NCBI GenBank assembly: GCA_965655095.1
Contig: OZ296648.1
Location: 147,064,001-147,128,000, forward strand
DNA: 64,000 nt
Direction of reading: 5' to 3'
Source: Haplodiscus bocki
Lineage: Eukaryota
The notes under the pieces are model-generated. The model saw only the letters and a program-made list of their open reading frames with translations. It searched no databases and was not told the origin of the DNA. Shown here piece by piece: positions 1 through 12,466 of the stretch (within the stretch, counting starts at the first letter, position 1; every line of letters starts with the position of its first letter). The position numbers and the translations under genes are program-made.

Positions 1-1419
1 TTTATCAAAATTGCTTTTCTTGAACAAAATCAGGATTTTCTGAAAACTTTTTTTAATGGGTGAAAAATGCCAATGGGCTTAATGCGCATGCTTCTTAACT
101 GTGGACAGAAAGTAGGCTTTCCTCGGACAAACTGCGACAGTTTGCAATATTTTTGCTTTTTGCCCTTCATTTATGGGGTTGCTTCATTTCGATTGTATCG
201 CTCATTTTAAAATGTCGATTCGACAGATTATTAAAAATTCAATGATATTAAAACCTAAAGTATCGCCAGAACCAATTTCTGTTCATTTTTCGTTTCCCAC
301 AAAACTTCGTCACAGATGCCGTCGACCAAAGCCATTTTTCAAACAAATTTTGTGAGTCGCTCACGCGAAATTTCAATATTTAACTCGGGTTGGTTTCTAA
401 TGAATGTTTTCATTTAGTCGCGGGGATCATTCTCATTATCTGCCTATTTTGTTTTCAAAATTAAAGCCATGCGAAAATTAATTCCATAACTCATATAATA
501 GAAGTTTTCAACTAAGTCCTCAGATAGTGTGCTTTCAGGCAGTTGTGTAACAAAATTTACGAAAACGAAAAAATGTCAAAATGTCGTTTCCAATGGAAGT
601 ACCATTTGATTAAATGGGTACATCATGACGGAATTAGTAGTTGAGGAAAACTTGACAATCCAAAAAAATATAAATGTTACGTTTTCTGACAGTTTTCGAT
701 AATATGGATCCGCAAGGGAAATGAAAAGCGAACTTCGTTACAGTACAACGATGCCAGATATAGCCAGCTTATGATCAAGTTCCTGATGAAGATGAACAAA
801 ATCGATGTAGTTGTTAATAAAAACAACTTGAAAAACCAAACCAACTCCAATGAAGTTTTGTTCTGATTCACCTGGAATCAAATTGGAATTCGGAAATTAG
901 TTTCACTATATTCATACAAAGTATCGTTAGATTCTGATAAGCCCCTAGATGAACACAATCGATCTGCCTACCCAGATACAGTTCCGGAATATTTGCCTTT
1001 CGTTATTTTCAAACCTTTACTTTCCCGGCAATTAAAATGAACCTCGGATTTGTGTTGACGACACCGCGAAACTTTCGGATAGTGTTGGAAAAGTTTGATT
1101 GTTATCACACATATTTTCATAGTATTAGAAAATAAAATTTCCACAAGCTAGCTGCTCTAGAATACGCAGCACAATTAGACTAGAGTTAACACCGTGACAG
1201 CGAGCAAATTCTTGTTTCAACTTTACAGTTTTCACGTTGAAATTTCGTCTTCTAGCCGTGTCTGAAAAGAGGCAAAAGGTCCCTATAATATCAACAAACT
1301 TTCAGCTTCTACATTAACAACAGGCGCAGTCGCACTGCGATATTTTCCGTCACAGAAATGAAAGATTGAACATACATTTGACTTTAAAAAAAGGAACACA
1401 TTTTTGAGAGAAAACAGTT

Positions 1420-3600
1420 GTCGATGAAGACCTTGATGGAAGAATTCAAGCCAATGTGAGAAATAAAACAGGAGATTCTTCAGTGTAAGAGTCCTGTAGT
1501 AGTATGGAAGCGTCTATTCAGAACCTGATACAGGAATTCACAGCTGTAGTATTTGAGAAGGACGAGTTGGAATTTCGAGATATGTCTGAACTGAAATTAC
1601 TTTTGCCACTTCTGGCATATCAGGATTCCAATTCCGATAAAGAGATCATAATTTGATATGCTTAAAAATGAACAGTTTGCTTAGGGTATAAAGCTATCAA
1701 GATTGAAACCTTGATGAGAAAAACGAAAAAGGTAGAACTGAAGAAGTAAAAGTCTGAATACCGAGTTGTGTCAATACTAAATGCACTTTCTGGCAACTCT
1801 GGTCCATCAAGATTCCGCAGAGTGGTACAAAATCAACGATTTCTTAAACAAGTTCTCAAGCTCCAGTAGGAAGCATTAGATTGAGGATTTGAAGGATGAC
1901 ATCAAGTTAGCACTTATGGCGAAACCTGGCTTTGAAAATTGGCAAGGCTCAATTTTGAAAAATACGTCATGACTTTTTTGGACTATCAGAAGTCAATTGC
2001 AATGAACGAAAATGATCGTTATTACCACTAACACCCCTCAAAAGCAAAAACCCTTTGAATGCGAGAACTTTGTGGAAGACATGAAGCCTGTAGTTGCGGT
2101 CAAAGATGAGTTTGCATGCCGAGATAAATCAAAAGTAATAGCAGATTTTTGGATTTTTCGGACTATCAAGGTTCTGATGAAAGGAAAAAATCAATGATTT
2201 CGACAAGTTTCAAGTTTTTGGCAGAGACCAAGATAGAAGATACCAAACCTCTAGATACGGAGAATTAGGAGATTCAATAATGAGATGAAACATTATAATT
2301 TGCATTATTTGGAATATCGGAAGATCAGTATTCCAATGCAAGGAAAAAATCGACAATACGACCATCAAGAACGTTTTCAAAACCAAATGGCTTTTCATTG
2401 AGACCTCGATAAAAGAAAGGAAGCCTGTAGTTATGGGTGACAAAGTAGGATGAGCGTGAATGTCGAGAAAAAATACTCATAGGTTCTTTTTGGAAATTTT
2501 GGACTATCAGGACTCTGATGCAACAAACAAAATCAACGGTTTTCACCTCAATACTCCACTACAAGTGTTCTTTTTAGACTAAGTTCATTATGGAGGAATT
2601 CGAACTTGTAGTGGCTGAGGAAAACAAGTTTGAAAATGGAGCAAATTAAAAAAAAAGTAGCAATTCTTGGAAATTTCGGACTGTCAAGACAACGATGCAA
2701 GGAAAACAAATCGACAATTCTCCGATCGAAAACCTCTCGACATCTAAAAGTTTTTCGATGCCCACTCTGATCGAAGAGATAAAGGCTGTAGTTCTGGCGA
2801 AATATGAGGTTGGATATCGAGAAAAAGCAAAATTAAAATATTTTTATTGGAAGTTTCGGACTATCAGGATACTGATGCAAGACAAAAATGAAGTTTTTAG
2901 TTGAACACTCGTCTACAAGAGCTTTGTTTTCGATTGAGATTTTGATGGAGGAATAGAACTGGAGGTGGCTCAGAAGTAAAAATTTGAACATCGAGCGAAA
3001 TCAAAATGAATAGCACTTCTTGGAATATGTGGACTGCCACGAATCCGATGCACGGATCAAAACAAAAGGTTTCTTAGTTGAATCGTATTCCACATACAGA
3101 AAGTGTTCGATTGAGACTTTGGTTGCAGGAATCATAACTGTAGATACTGAGAAATATGAATTTGATTATCGAAACAAAACAATAATAATAAACAATTCTT
3201 AAACTTTCTGACTGTCGGGATTATAAAGGAAGGGTCACAAATTTTAGTTTTTCAACCCAATCATCCTCTACAGATGTCAGGCTTTCGATTGGGGCCTTGA
3301 TGGAACAAATCAAGCTTATAGTTGTAGAGACATAATTGTTTAAATATCGATAAAAATAGTTATACATTGCACTTTTTTGATTTTTTGACTATCAAGTTTC
3401 TGATGCGAGGAACAAAATTGATACTTCTTCATTGCAACAGACAACCACGAGTGGAAGGTGACCGAATGAGGCCTTGATTAGAAATTTAAGGTTGTATTTT
3501 TTCAGAAAAGCCAGTTTTAAAATCAAGGAAATTCAATACTAATCAATCTTTTTGGCAATATCTCAATGTCGACATCACAGAACAATATGATGCAGCATAC
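1420..3600. repeat. Degenerate tandem satellite, ~177-bp unit, ~12 copies
   Basis: A motif like GGACTATCARG..CTGATGCAAGG recurs at ~1614, 1801, 1980, 2160, 2501, 2679, 2858, 3031, 3208 and 3386. A second motif (TCGATTGAGACCTTGATGGA..CTGTAG-like) recurs at ~1514, 1701, 2055, 2394, 2575, 2754, 2930, 3105, 3286 and 3464. Small ORFs 2012-2197 and 2695-2904 are similar to each other (FRTIKVLM / FRTIRILM). Confidence 0.8.
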
Positions 3601-3961
3601 ATTAATTCGAAAAAAATATGGATTTTTAGCCTTTGATAAATAGGGTAAAGAAAAAACTAATACATGAAAACTGGAAAAAATTGTAGGATTAGTTAATTTT
3701 ATAATTAAACTTTAGGACTTTTGACAGACTTATCCTCTAAAAACATTTGTTTTTCGAGTTTTTCAGGAAAACTGAAATTTTCTCGAAATTAAAAAATTCT
3801 GAAAAAAAACCATTTGTTTCAGTTACTTCGGAAAAGGGGTAATTATTGAGAGAAAAAGCCTACTTACCAAAAAAACCCTAAATTTTTGTCGAAAACCCTA
3901 ACTTTTTCCGTTAACAAATAAGAACGTGTTAACGAGTATCTAAAAAGACGCAAAAAAGAAA

Positions 3962-4030
3962 GTCGATAGCTGGATTCGAACCCGCCACCTCCAGCTTCCG
4001 AACCGCGGTGACACCCGACACTTGTAATAC
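3962..4030 (-). mobile_element. tRNA-derived SINE head / tRNA pseudogene
   Basis: The minus strand reads ...GGAGGTGGCGGGTTCGAATCCAGC (Pol III B box). There is no pairing acceptor stem. It resembles the copy at 8911-8975. Confidence 0.5.
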
Positions 4031-5559
4031 ACAAAACACCAACTCTGCAGACTTGAACTCTGCGCGTCATGGGCAATTTCAGGAAAAGGAATTGATTTTC
4101 CTTTCGAAAAAAATTTTTCGATGGAAAACATTAATTTTTCAATATATACGCTAGAATATTCAAAATTTATTGCTCAATTAATTGCCATGGCCTGCGGCGT
4201 TCAATTTTTTGTGAGAAACTTATTTCAAAAGTTTGTCTGAATTGCAGAAGACATCCAAGTATTTGCAACTGTTGTATGAGTGACACAGAAGCGAGGCACA
4301 GCTTCGCAAAAACCTGTCAGAATGACTACACATATATGTTCGGCACAGTTACAAACAAGCCGGGAACGGCAAAAGTCGGCGCGGCCAACAAGACTCGATC
4401 TACCACATGTTTCGAATAGTTTTGATTTTTTTTCCAAGAAACTTCTTTAAACCTACTACAATACCTCAATTTTCTCCAAGTAATCCCGTGGCAATTTTTT
4501 GCGGACGTATAGGGTAGGTGATTACCCGAGATGTTCCTCAAGTTTCGTTGTTATTTTAGACAGTAAAGCGCAAAGATTCTGTAGTCTACAGCAGACTATC
4601 GAGATTGTGATAATTTCAACAAGCAAATTAAATTGTCAATTTTATCGGATTCGTGAGTGACAGGCACTTTTGGGACAATCGAGTGTGGTGGTTATTCACG
4701 AGCTGACCCGATTAATTTTGACCATTTTTTCAATAAAGCACCAAAAATCTAATTTTGTCATAAGAGGATAATCGAATTTGGCGGTGACTTAGTCGGTTAC
4801 TTATCATTTCGTCCTACGCCATTTCAACCGCTGCGATTTCAACCGGTCACATTTTCAACCCCTTGCCTTTTCGACCGCTTGCAAACTCAACCTCCACATA
4901 TTCGACCTGATTAATTAGGTTCAAGGTTATTCAACTTTTTCAAGACTTTCGAAAACAGTTGAAGAATCAATTGAACGTCATCAGACAGTTTCACGTAATT
5001 TTCAAAGGTGATATTGGACATATTACCATATGTACCAAACTTGAAAATGTTTCCGAATTTCACCAGGAACAAATCAGATGCAATTTGAATCTCAGTAGGA
5101 CAGCAAAGTTGAAGAGACTTTGATTTCTTGTCACCGGTTTTGAGCATTTTACTAAAGGGTTAGCTAGCACGTAGTCCAAATGTACTTGAAATTTGGCAAA
5201 TTCACTTCCAATTTCACAGTGTGTCTTGGATTAATTTGTAAAGCCAGTCATGGTAATGTTCTGAGACACACTCCAGGAGGCTGCAAGGAGGCGTCACGAC
5301 ACAAAAATCAAATATCCCTGCAGCTAAATATTTGTTTTTTCCGGAAAAACAGAAAAAAACACAGAATTTAATTCAGGAGACAAATAAGATGAGTAATTAT
5401 AGCAAAATTAAAGAAACGAAACACCAAAAATCTGTCTATAAACGTTCACCTACATTTTGCTATTGCTCTAAGATATGGCACAACATTTCCAAGCTCATAA
5501 GTGCTTCGAATAAATTGCATGTTTTTTTATTTTTTTCGTAACGGAGGCGCCTGGAGCAC

Positions 5560-6170
5560 AATCATCCGGTAGTTTCTTGAATGCATTTAAAAATCTCCGT
5601 TTTCGAATCTTCTTCCAAGTTCCGTAAGAGCAACCAAGTATTAAGCGTGGAATCACTGAAATACTCCTGCAGTCTCTAACGCCAGCCTTCTACGCTATTT
5701 GTTGAATATCAATTGGGGCAGGTATTTGAAGACACATCCTTCTACGCTATTTGTTGAATATCAATTGGGGCAGGTATTTGAAGACACATCTCTTTTTGTC
5801 GTTTTCGGGACACTGCTCGCAACAGGTTGTCTTTTTTGGGCATAGCAAGTTGAACTGCATAATCATCAGAAATTTCGAATATTTCATTGGGTTTTGCCAC
5901 AGTTGGTGTTGAAAATTGGGCTCTTCTTTTGATTTGATTCACTACTTCTTTCGATTTACATTCGCTGGGGTCGCAGTCGAGATTATGGGTACCTTTTGTT
6001 TCGATAACAGTTTCATTTCAAGTTTTCAAGATTGCGGGACATTTTAACAAATAGTTTTCCGAGCAACACCAATGGATACAATTTATAGTTGTTTGTTTCC
6101 GGTTATATGAGTGGCCGTTGTACACTGCAATGTTTCTGCCTCGGTTTGATTCCACTATTTGCATTTGCAT
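5560..6170 (-). pseudogene. MULE transposase remnant (FLYWCH zinc finger, linker and C-terminal NxVEGW motif; DDE core deleted)
   Basis: QIVESNRGRNIAVYNGHSYNRK..IHWCC..KCPAILKT is FLYWCH-like and is followed by ...LAMPKKDNLLRAVSRKRQK. The sequence then jumps directly to the C-terminal SVEGW motif (~5680-5700). Stops and frameshifts are present. Confidence 0.75.
5686..5789. repeat. Perfect 52-bp tandem duplication
   Basis: CCTTCTACGCTATTTGTTGAATATCAATTGGGGCAGGTATTTGAAGACACAT occurs twice in tandem. Confidence 0.9.
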
Positions 6171-7972
6171 TTCGGAGCGTCTGATAGGTGCTGATACTGT
6201 TATACTGAATGGCTTCAATTTTTACACAATTTCGATTAGGAGTAGGTGCCAACTGTGTTAGTTGCCTCTTATCGGTGTCCTAAATGCTGTTTCCGGTAAC
6301 TACGACGCTTTTATATTCAAAATAAAAATTACGTTAAAAAAGGATTATTTCCAATTACACTTAGTTTCTATAATTATTTGAATATTCGTTAAATGGAGCG
6401 GTTGAATTTGCGGCGGTTTAAATGGCACGCGGTCGAAAAGGCAAGCGGTTGAAAGTGTAAACAGTTGAGTTTTCGGAGATTGAAATGGCACGCGGTTGAA
6501 AGTGAACAGTTGAGATTGCAGCGGTTGAAATGGCATAGGACAAAATTTCCTGACACCGATTTAGTCAAGAAAATAAATTGGCAACTTGGCGGATATTCGA
6601 GTGGCGGTTAACCCGGAGCTGCACTGATTTCCTTACGTAACACTAACAATAGGCCGTCAAAAAGTCTTTATATAGTCTAAAGCGAATAATCGAATTTCGC
6701 GTCAGTGCAAAATGCACTACGGTTATCATTACATTACGCACAATCAAACCAGCAGGCAAGGGGAAGCAAGCAAGCCAGCCAGCTAGCCAGCGCCAAAAGC
6801 AGTGAGATGCCTGGCCCGCAGCAGATTTTCCGAGTTTTTAAAAGTGGATAATCGCAATACAAGCTACACTACAGTTAATGAAAAAATCTTATGAAAAATA
6901 TTTTCTGAATATCATCTGAAAAAAACTCAGGTAAATTAGAGTTTCCGTTTCAGCGGTCTTAATTTATTTCGTCTTTTTCGCCATATTCTCTGCCCGAGAA
7001 AAACGGCAAAAAAACTTCATTGACTTTCGCCCAATTCCGACCACCGTCAATGAGTTTCTTTCTGCAAGGTTAGTAGCATCTTCCCACAGCAGTGCCTTTT
7101 TTCTGGTCTATCGTCACTAATTGTGGTTATTATAACGCTAACAAGGTTAACATCTGATTTTTTGCAATGTGCGGGCGTTGAGGGAGCTTCACTCGGAAAA
7201 CGTGGGCAGTGGCGGTTTGGCCACTATATGGGCAAAATCGCAGTGAATGCGTTAAAAACATAGACGCCGGTTATGATTACATTGCAGTGAGTCAGCAATT
7301 TGTTGGTTGCAGATTTCCGCCAAAAACGATTCTAGAAAGTGTGATAACCAGAATCAATTTCTTTCCAACGGTGTTTATATTGAAATCTGATGCAGGAGAA
7401 ACGAAGTTATCTAAATAGGTTTTCTCGCTGAACGTCTTGCACAAAGTGCTCCATTGTGTTCTTTCAAGAATTCTAACCACAGCCAGCGAGACAATTACTA
7501 TTTTGAATAAACCAAAAATTTTGAAAGAGGCAGGAACATTGTGCTTATTGTTTCGTCATTCCTTCAGTTTAAGCCCTACTTTCGAAATCTTTTTTAGGAA
7601 TTTTGTCAAAACTATGGAATCGTAGAAACACTGCCCAATGTGATTTTCCGGGAACATATGGAATTCTGGTTGAAATTTGACAAATTCAACGTTTTTTTGA
7701 CGTTATTTCAACTTAGTTTAGGCTGAAATGAGTTATATGGTCCAACTTTAACACAGAGGCTAAGCTGTGTTTCGCAGTACTTCCGCCAAGGGTTTACCAG
7801 TGAAAAAATCGACTAAGTATAACTGATTTGTGAAGTGGCCACGATACTACGAAAACTAATGATAACAGATGTACAAAAGCTGTTAATTCTCCGACGTTTA
7901 TGTATAGATAAGAAACGCCGTTTCAATAATTTCTCATTCGCTTGAAATTTCAAAAACACTGATTCTCAACCT

Positions 7973-8038
7973 GCCGTGGCATAGTCAGTACAACATGCGA
8001 CTGCGTCGCGACAGGTCCCAGGTTCGAACCCAGGACAC
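7973..8038 (+). mobile_element. tRNA-derived SINE head / tRNA pseudogene
   Basis: A-box-like TGGCATAGTCAG and B box GGTTCGAACCC at tRNA spacing. The acceptor stem does not pair. Confidence 0.55.
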
Positions 8039-8910
8039 TTTATCCCTCTCGGATCAAAATCTAGGAACTGGAGCTAGTTTTTAAACTTAGTTGTTGACAC
8101 AAACGATTGCTGTGTAAATCGAATATGGTATTAAAGTCATATTTATTGGTAAATAATTCCCTTTCGCCTCCTATTGATTAACAAGAAGTTGCTGCATCCT
8201 ACATGCTGGTCCTCCGTTTAGCTGAGAAAGCAAATTTTCAATGAGATTTCAAACTTGTCTGATCAGTGAAAACGGCTGACTGCATTCCTTAACGTAGAAT
8301 TTAATTTTACTTAAATCATTAAACTTAGTTCAACTACGGTTTTTCATTAAGAATTAGTAACTACGGTTACTACAGATTAAAAATCTGAATATGAACTAAA
8401 ATTTTCAAATGAAAAGAAATTGCTCTTGAAACAAATCCTCAGTTTTGAAAAAGTGTTACGCGAATTAACTCCCGTGTTATCTGAGGAAAATTTTCAAAAA
8501 GCATAGCATCAATGAATATTCCAATTTGCTTGAGAAAAACTGATACGCCAAATTCCACTTTTTTTCCAAAATTTCATTAAATGTAAACATCGATGAAATC
8601 TATGACGCCTTCAGGAATCGATCAACAAAGTCGATACTACAGAATAACCTGAACTCCAATTTGCGCAAATTCACAATACGTTCTCTGAACAACCAAGGTA
8701 AACAAATAATTTAGGTGAACAAATCGGTAATGCTTAAATCGGCCCACTGGTCCATTTTTGAAACTTCTTGGGAGCATTCATATAACAATTTTTTTTCAAA
8801 TATTTTAGTTGATAAGACTATCAAAATATTGGATCGACAGGTCCAATTTTTTTTTTCAAAATGCAAAGCTAGAATGCATAATGTGTCAAAAATGTTGCAA
8901 AAACATAGTC

Positions 8911-8975
8911 AATGTTGTGATTCGATCCCGCAACCTCCGGATTCCTAAACCCTTTGCCCTACCGACTACCCCAAG
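8911..8975 (-). mobile_element. tRNA-derived SINE head (degenerate)
   Basis: The minus strand reads GGGGTAGTCGGTAGGGC...CCGGAGGTTGCGGGATCGAATCAC (A/B-box-like). It is similar to 3962-4030. Confidence 0.45.
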
Positions 8976-11900
8976 TAGACAATAATTTTTGCGTATGTCG
9001 GAAGATTTAACCGTATCACAAAAAATTGTTTCTGGTCTTTTTCGAAAGACTTTGGCACCTGCATAATTAAGTTATCACGAAACTTCATTTTCTAAAACAC
9101 GAAAGTAGATTGCAAATTTATTAAATTTGTGAAGAAAAGCTTTTCCCTGCGATTTCAATTCGTTACTTTTGACACTTAAAAAGTTTGAATCACTTAATAT
9201 CTACTCGAAAGAGATTTTCTTTCCGACCACTCGCAAATTAGTTGAATTCATTGGCAACAAAAATCGGTGACAAGACAAAATACCCAAATCCAGAAAACCC
9301 AAGCCCAAAACACCCAAAGTCCCAAATTGAAATAGCCATACTATTTAAATAATTAGCAGCGCCTTGAACTAAAAGTTTCAAGACGCCTCTAATTATTTGA
9401 GTTTATTGATGTTTCAAAATATTGGTGTTGGCAAAATGAAATACCACAAGTCAAAAAATTCACAGAAAATTACCTTGTACAGAAAAACAGCCGCGAAGTT
9501 CAAAGAACTGGTTATACACTGGGGGTACCCCACAAAATTCTCGGCACTATGAGACGAAATTGTAATTCACCTCACAAATTCTCATTATGGAGCATAGATA
9601 TTAAATGCACATTTTCTTTTGATGATTACAAAAAAAAACAAATTAAAAAAACAAATATTCAAGATGATTCAAAGTTTCTTAGAAAAGGGTTCAAATGTCA
9701 AGGAATTAGCAGTTCAATGTCATGTTGTTTTATCTTTGTTGTTCAATAGGTACATGACATTTCCTCCCTTCAAGCACCTCCGTCCCGTTGAATGAGACCA
9801 TTATCCGGTCAGAGAATTATGTCTGGCTTAAGTTTTGTTTCAAGTTTAGCTACAAACGTACATTTATATTATTATGCATACAAAAGATTGAATGAAACCA
9901 AATGTTTTTTATTTAAATCAAAACAACTTCTTGAAAGAAAGAATTCTGAAGTCACTATTTTTTGAGGATTTGCAATGATTTCAATGGCTTCCTCGTCCGT
10001 TTGGTCATGCGAAGGGCCGACAACAAAGTGCCCTCCCACATGTTGCGTCACATTTTGAATAGAAGATGCTTGATATGGCTCAATTGGTTAAAGACTGGCG
10101 GGTGATGAACTAATCATTGTCGGATCACTTGCAGGAGGGCTTTGATGCAAGCTGCTTGGTAAGGGTTCCTGGGAGAACTGAGCAAGGTGGAAACGCTATT
10201 TGAATTTGTGACAAATGATTTCAGTGCGCGTTGCAAAAACATGAAGGTACGATGGTTTGACCAGCACTTTTTTCCATTTTAACACAGGATGAAGAAATTG
10301 AGTCATCCACAAGAAAACAATGACAAACATACATGAAAAATTGATGTATCGCTGTCGAAACAACAAGTCATGTTTGGTATGAAAGGCACCTCGAACAAAA
10401 CATTCTGACTAAATTCGAAGATTAAGAAGGGAGTTTCGAGTACTGTGCCAACGGACGGACTATTTCCACCAATTTGGTTTCAATACATGACACTCATATC
10501 ATTCAGATCCAGAAGGTTCCAAAAAGTAAGCATAGACAGCCAGTTTCAATCAATCGCTTCGAATTTCATCTTTCTTTAGCTCTCTTCCCTTAGAAGTTGA
10601 TGGAACTCAGCGGAGAAAAAAGTAAGAGAGCTGAAAAAGTAGCCAAGAGCTCATCATATTAAGCGGGCAAACCACCAGCTTATTACTGTCGACGCGCATT
10701 TTTTTTCTATCTTGATGATCACATCTCCTCATACAAGATGAGTGGGATGAACTTAGCTTACAACTGGCATATCTGGTCACTTTTGGTGTAGTGGTTAATA
10801 ACGATGGCCAGGTGCTCTCAGTTACGACAACCATCTGAGTTCAAATCCTACCTCGCTAATTTCTTTTTGTGTTTGCACAGAAAAATAAACCATCATTTTA
10901 GCAATCGAATAAAAATAAAAATGAAACTTTTTAGGCCAAAAAGGCCGAAATTTTGCTAATTTCACACGAAGTTAACTTTTCTCAAGGAATTCGAAGATAT
11001 TATTAGCAAAGTACAATGTGCAATATCAACTTTATAGCTAGCAGTCCAAACTCATACAATACATAAGCCCAATTACGGCTCAATACAACATGCACTTCAA
11101 AAATTGTTCAATACTGAAGTTTTTCAGTGGTCTAAAGTAAACCAGAAGTAGATATTTTTGGATGTTAGCGGAATTTTGCTGTTTTGTCTTGTAATTTTGT
11201 TTTTAGCTATGGGTACAAAAAACAAAATCGAGAGGACATTTGTTAGCAAATTGCCATAATATGGCATACATACGATCAATAGTAATGCTAGACAAAGTGG
11301 CTTCTACTTTTTTGCGCAAAAATGGCTAATTTTGCGATCTTCGCATATGGATGCTATATTGTCTCTCAAATCAACTTTGTGACTACGCATGCAGTTTAAT
11401 TGAATAAAACGTGCTGATTTCTGAAAATTTCCAAAAAAGTACTTTGTGGAACATCTGTTTATACCAAAAGTTTTCAAAAAGCGAATGACAAGTTCTGATC
11501 TCTTGAGTTCCGCACACAGTATGTAACCTACCAAACTGTACCACTACGTATTTTCAGCATTGCAACAAAATTTGTCGATCAGAAAAAAAGATCGGTATAC
11601 CAAGCATTTCTGTACCTTTGTTAAAAGATCTCAATAACAATGTGACCTCGTGGTCAACGGGATGGGAGGGGGCGCAATGGTTAGGTCACAGTTACGGAGC
11701 CGAAATGCAATAAATTCGAAATCATTAAAATCTAGAAACTTTGGGACAACTTCATATATCATTCGCAACACCTCCACCTCTTTTTGTCTGATTTTAAAAT
11801 TCTGAATACCAAAAATTTTCACTTCTTTGACTTCATTTCTCTTGCGAGTGCCGAAATTTTATGATACACCTCAACATACTGTAAACCCTATAGCTAGCTT

Positions 11901-12466
11901 CGATGAAAGCGTTCCGGGCTTGTTTTTCAAATGAGATGGATATAAGTTCAAACATCTTGAATTGCATGAGTTTTCTGATGAACATCAATGCTCTCAAATT
12001 TAACTCTAACTCATCAAGTGGCCGTCAACATATAACAATTTCGGACATGAGCTGTTCTCTACAACATTATTCATAAATTGAAGTGAGTAAGATCAGCAGC
12101 TGATCTGCAACTGTCATATTACGTTTTTTTGGATACAATTAGATACTCCAAAACTAACTTTCTCAAAACATGTTAATTCAATCTTAATTGAATCAGCTAC
12201 TTGTTTTTTTTTCTGTCTTTTCATTTTCTTTCTAGTTGGTTGCCCTGTGGGGTGGAAGAATCAAGTTGTAGCTACAAGGCTGTAAATTCAACATCAAAGA
12301 AGTTTCGTCAGAATTCTAACAACACAAGATTAATTGGATTTTGAATTTCAGATAAATTGTCTGTTTATCCACGAAGACAAACATGCTTAAAGAACGGGTT
12401 AAAGCCTTAGAATGTTATTTGAGTGACTCGATTTCAAGGGCTGTTCTTTGTCCATATTTGCTAATT

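Larger units (their letters stand above)
4795..6557 (-). mobile_element. Non-autonomous Mutator-like (MULE) DNA transposon with internally deleted transposase
   Basis: TIRs: GTCCTACGCCATTTCAACCGCTGC (4811) versus GCAGCGGTTGAAATGGCATAGGAC (~6518-6541), with subterminal TTCAACC repeats and GG...CC termini. 9-bp TSD: GACTTAGTC (4786-4794) / GATTTAGTC (6558-6566). Confidence 0.88.

Noticed and set aside
1420-3600. CRISPR-like array interpretation of the periodic motif
   Set aside because: The context is eukaryotic, whole units are homologous (no unique spacers) and there are no cas genes.
7973-8038. Functional tRNA gene
   Set aside because: A and B boxes are present, but the acceptor stem and anticodon arm are non-canonical. 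Treated as a SINE or pseudogene.
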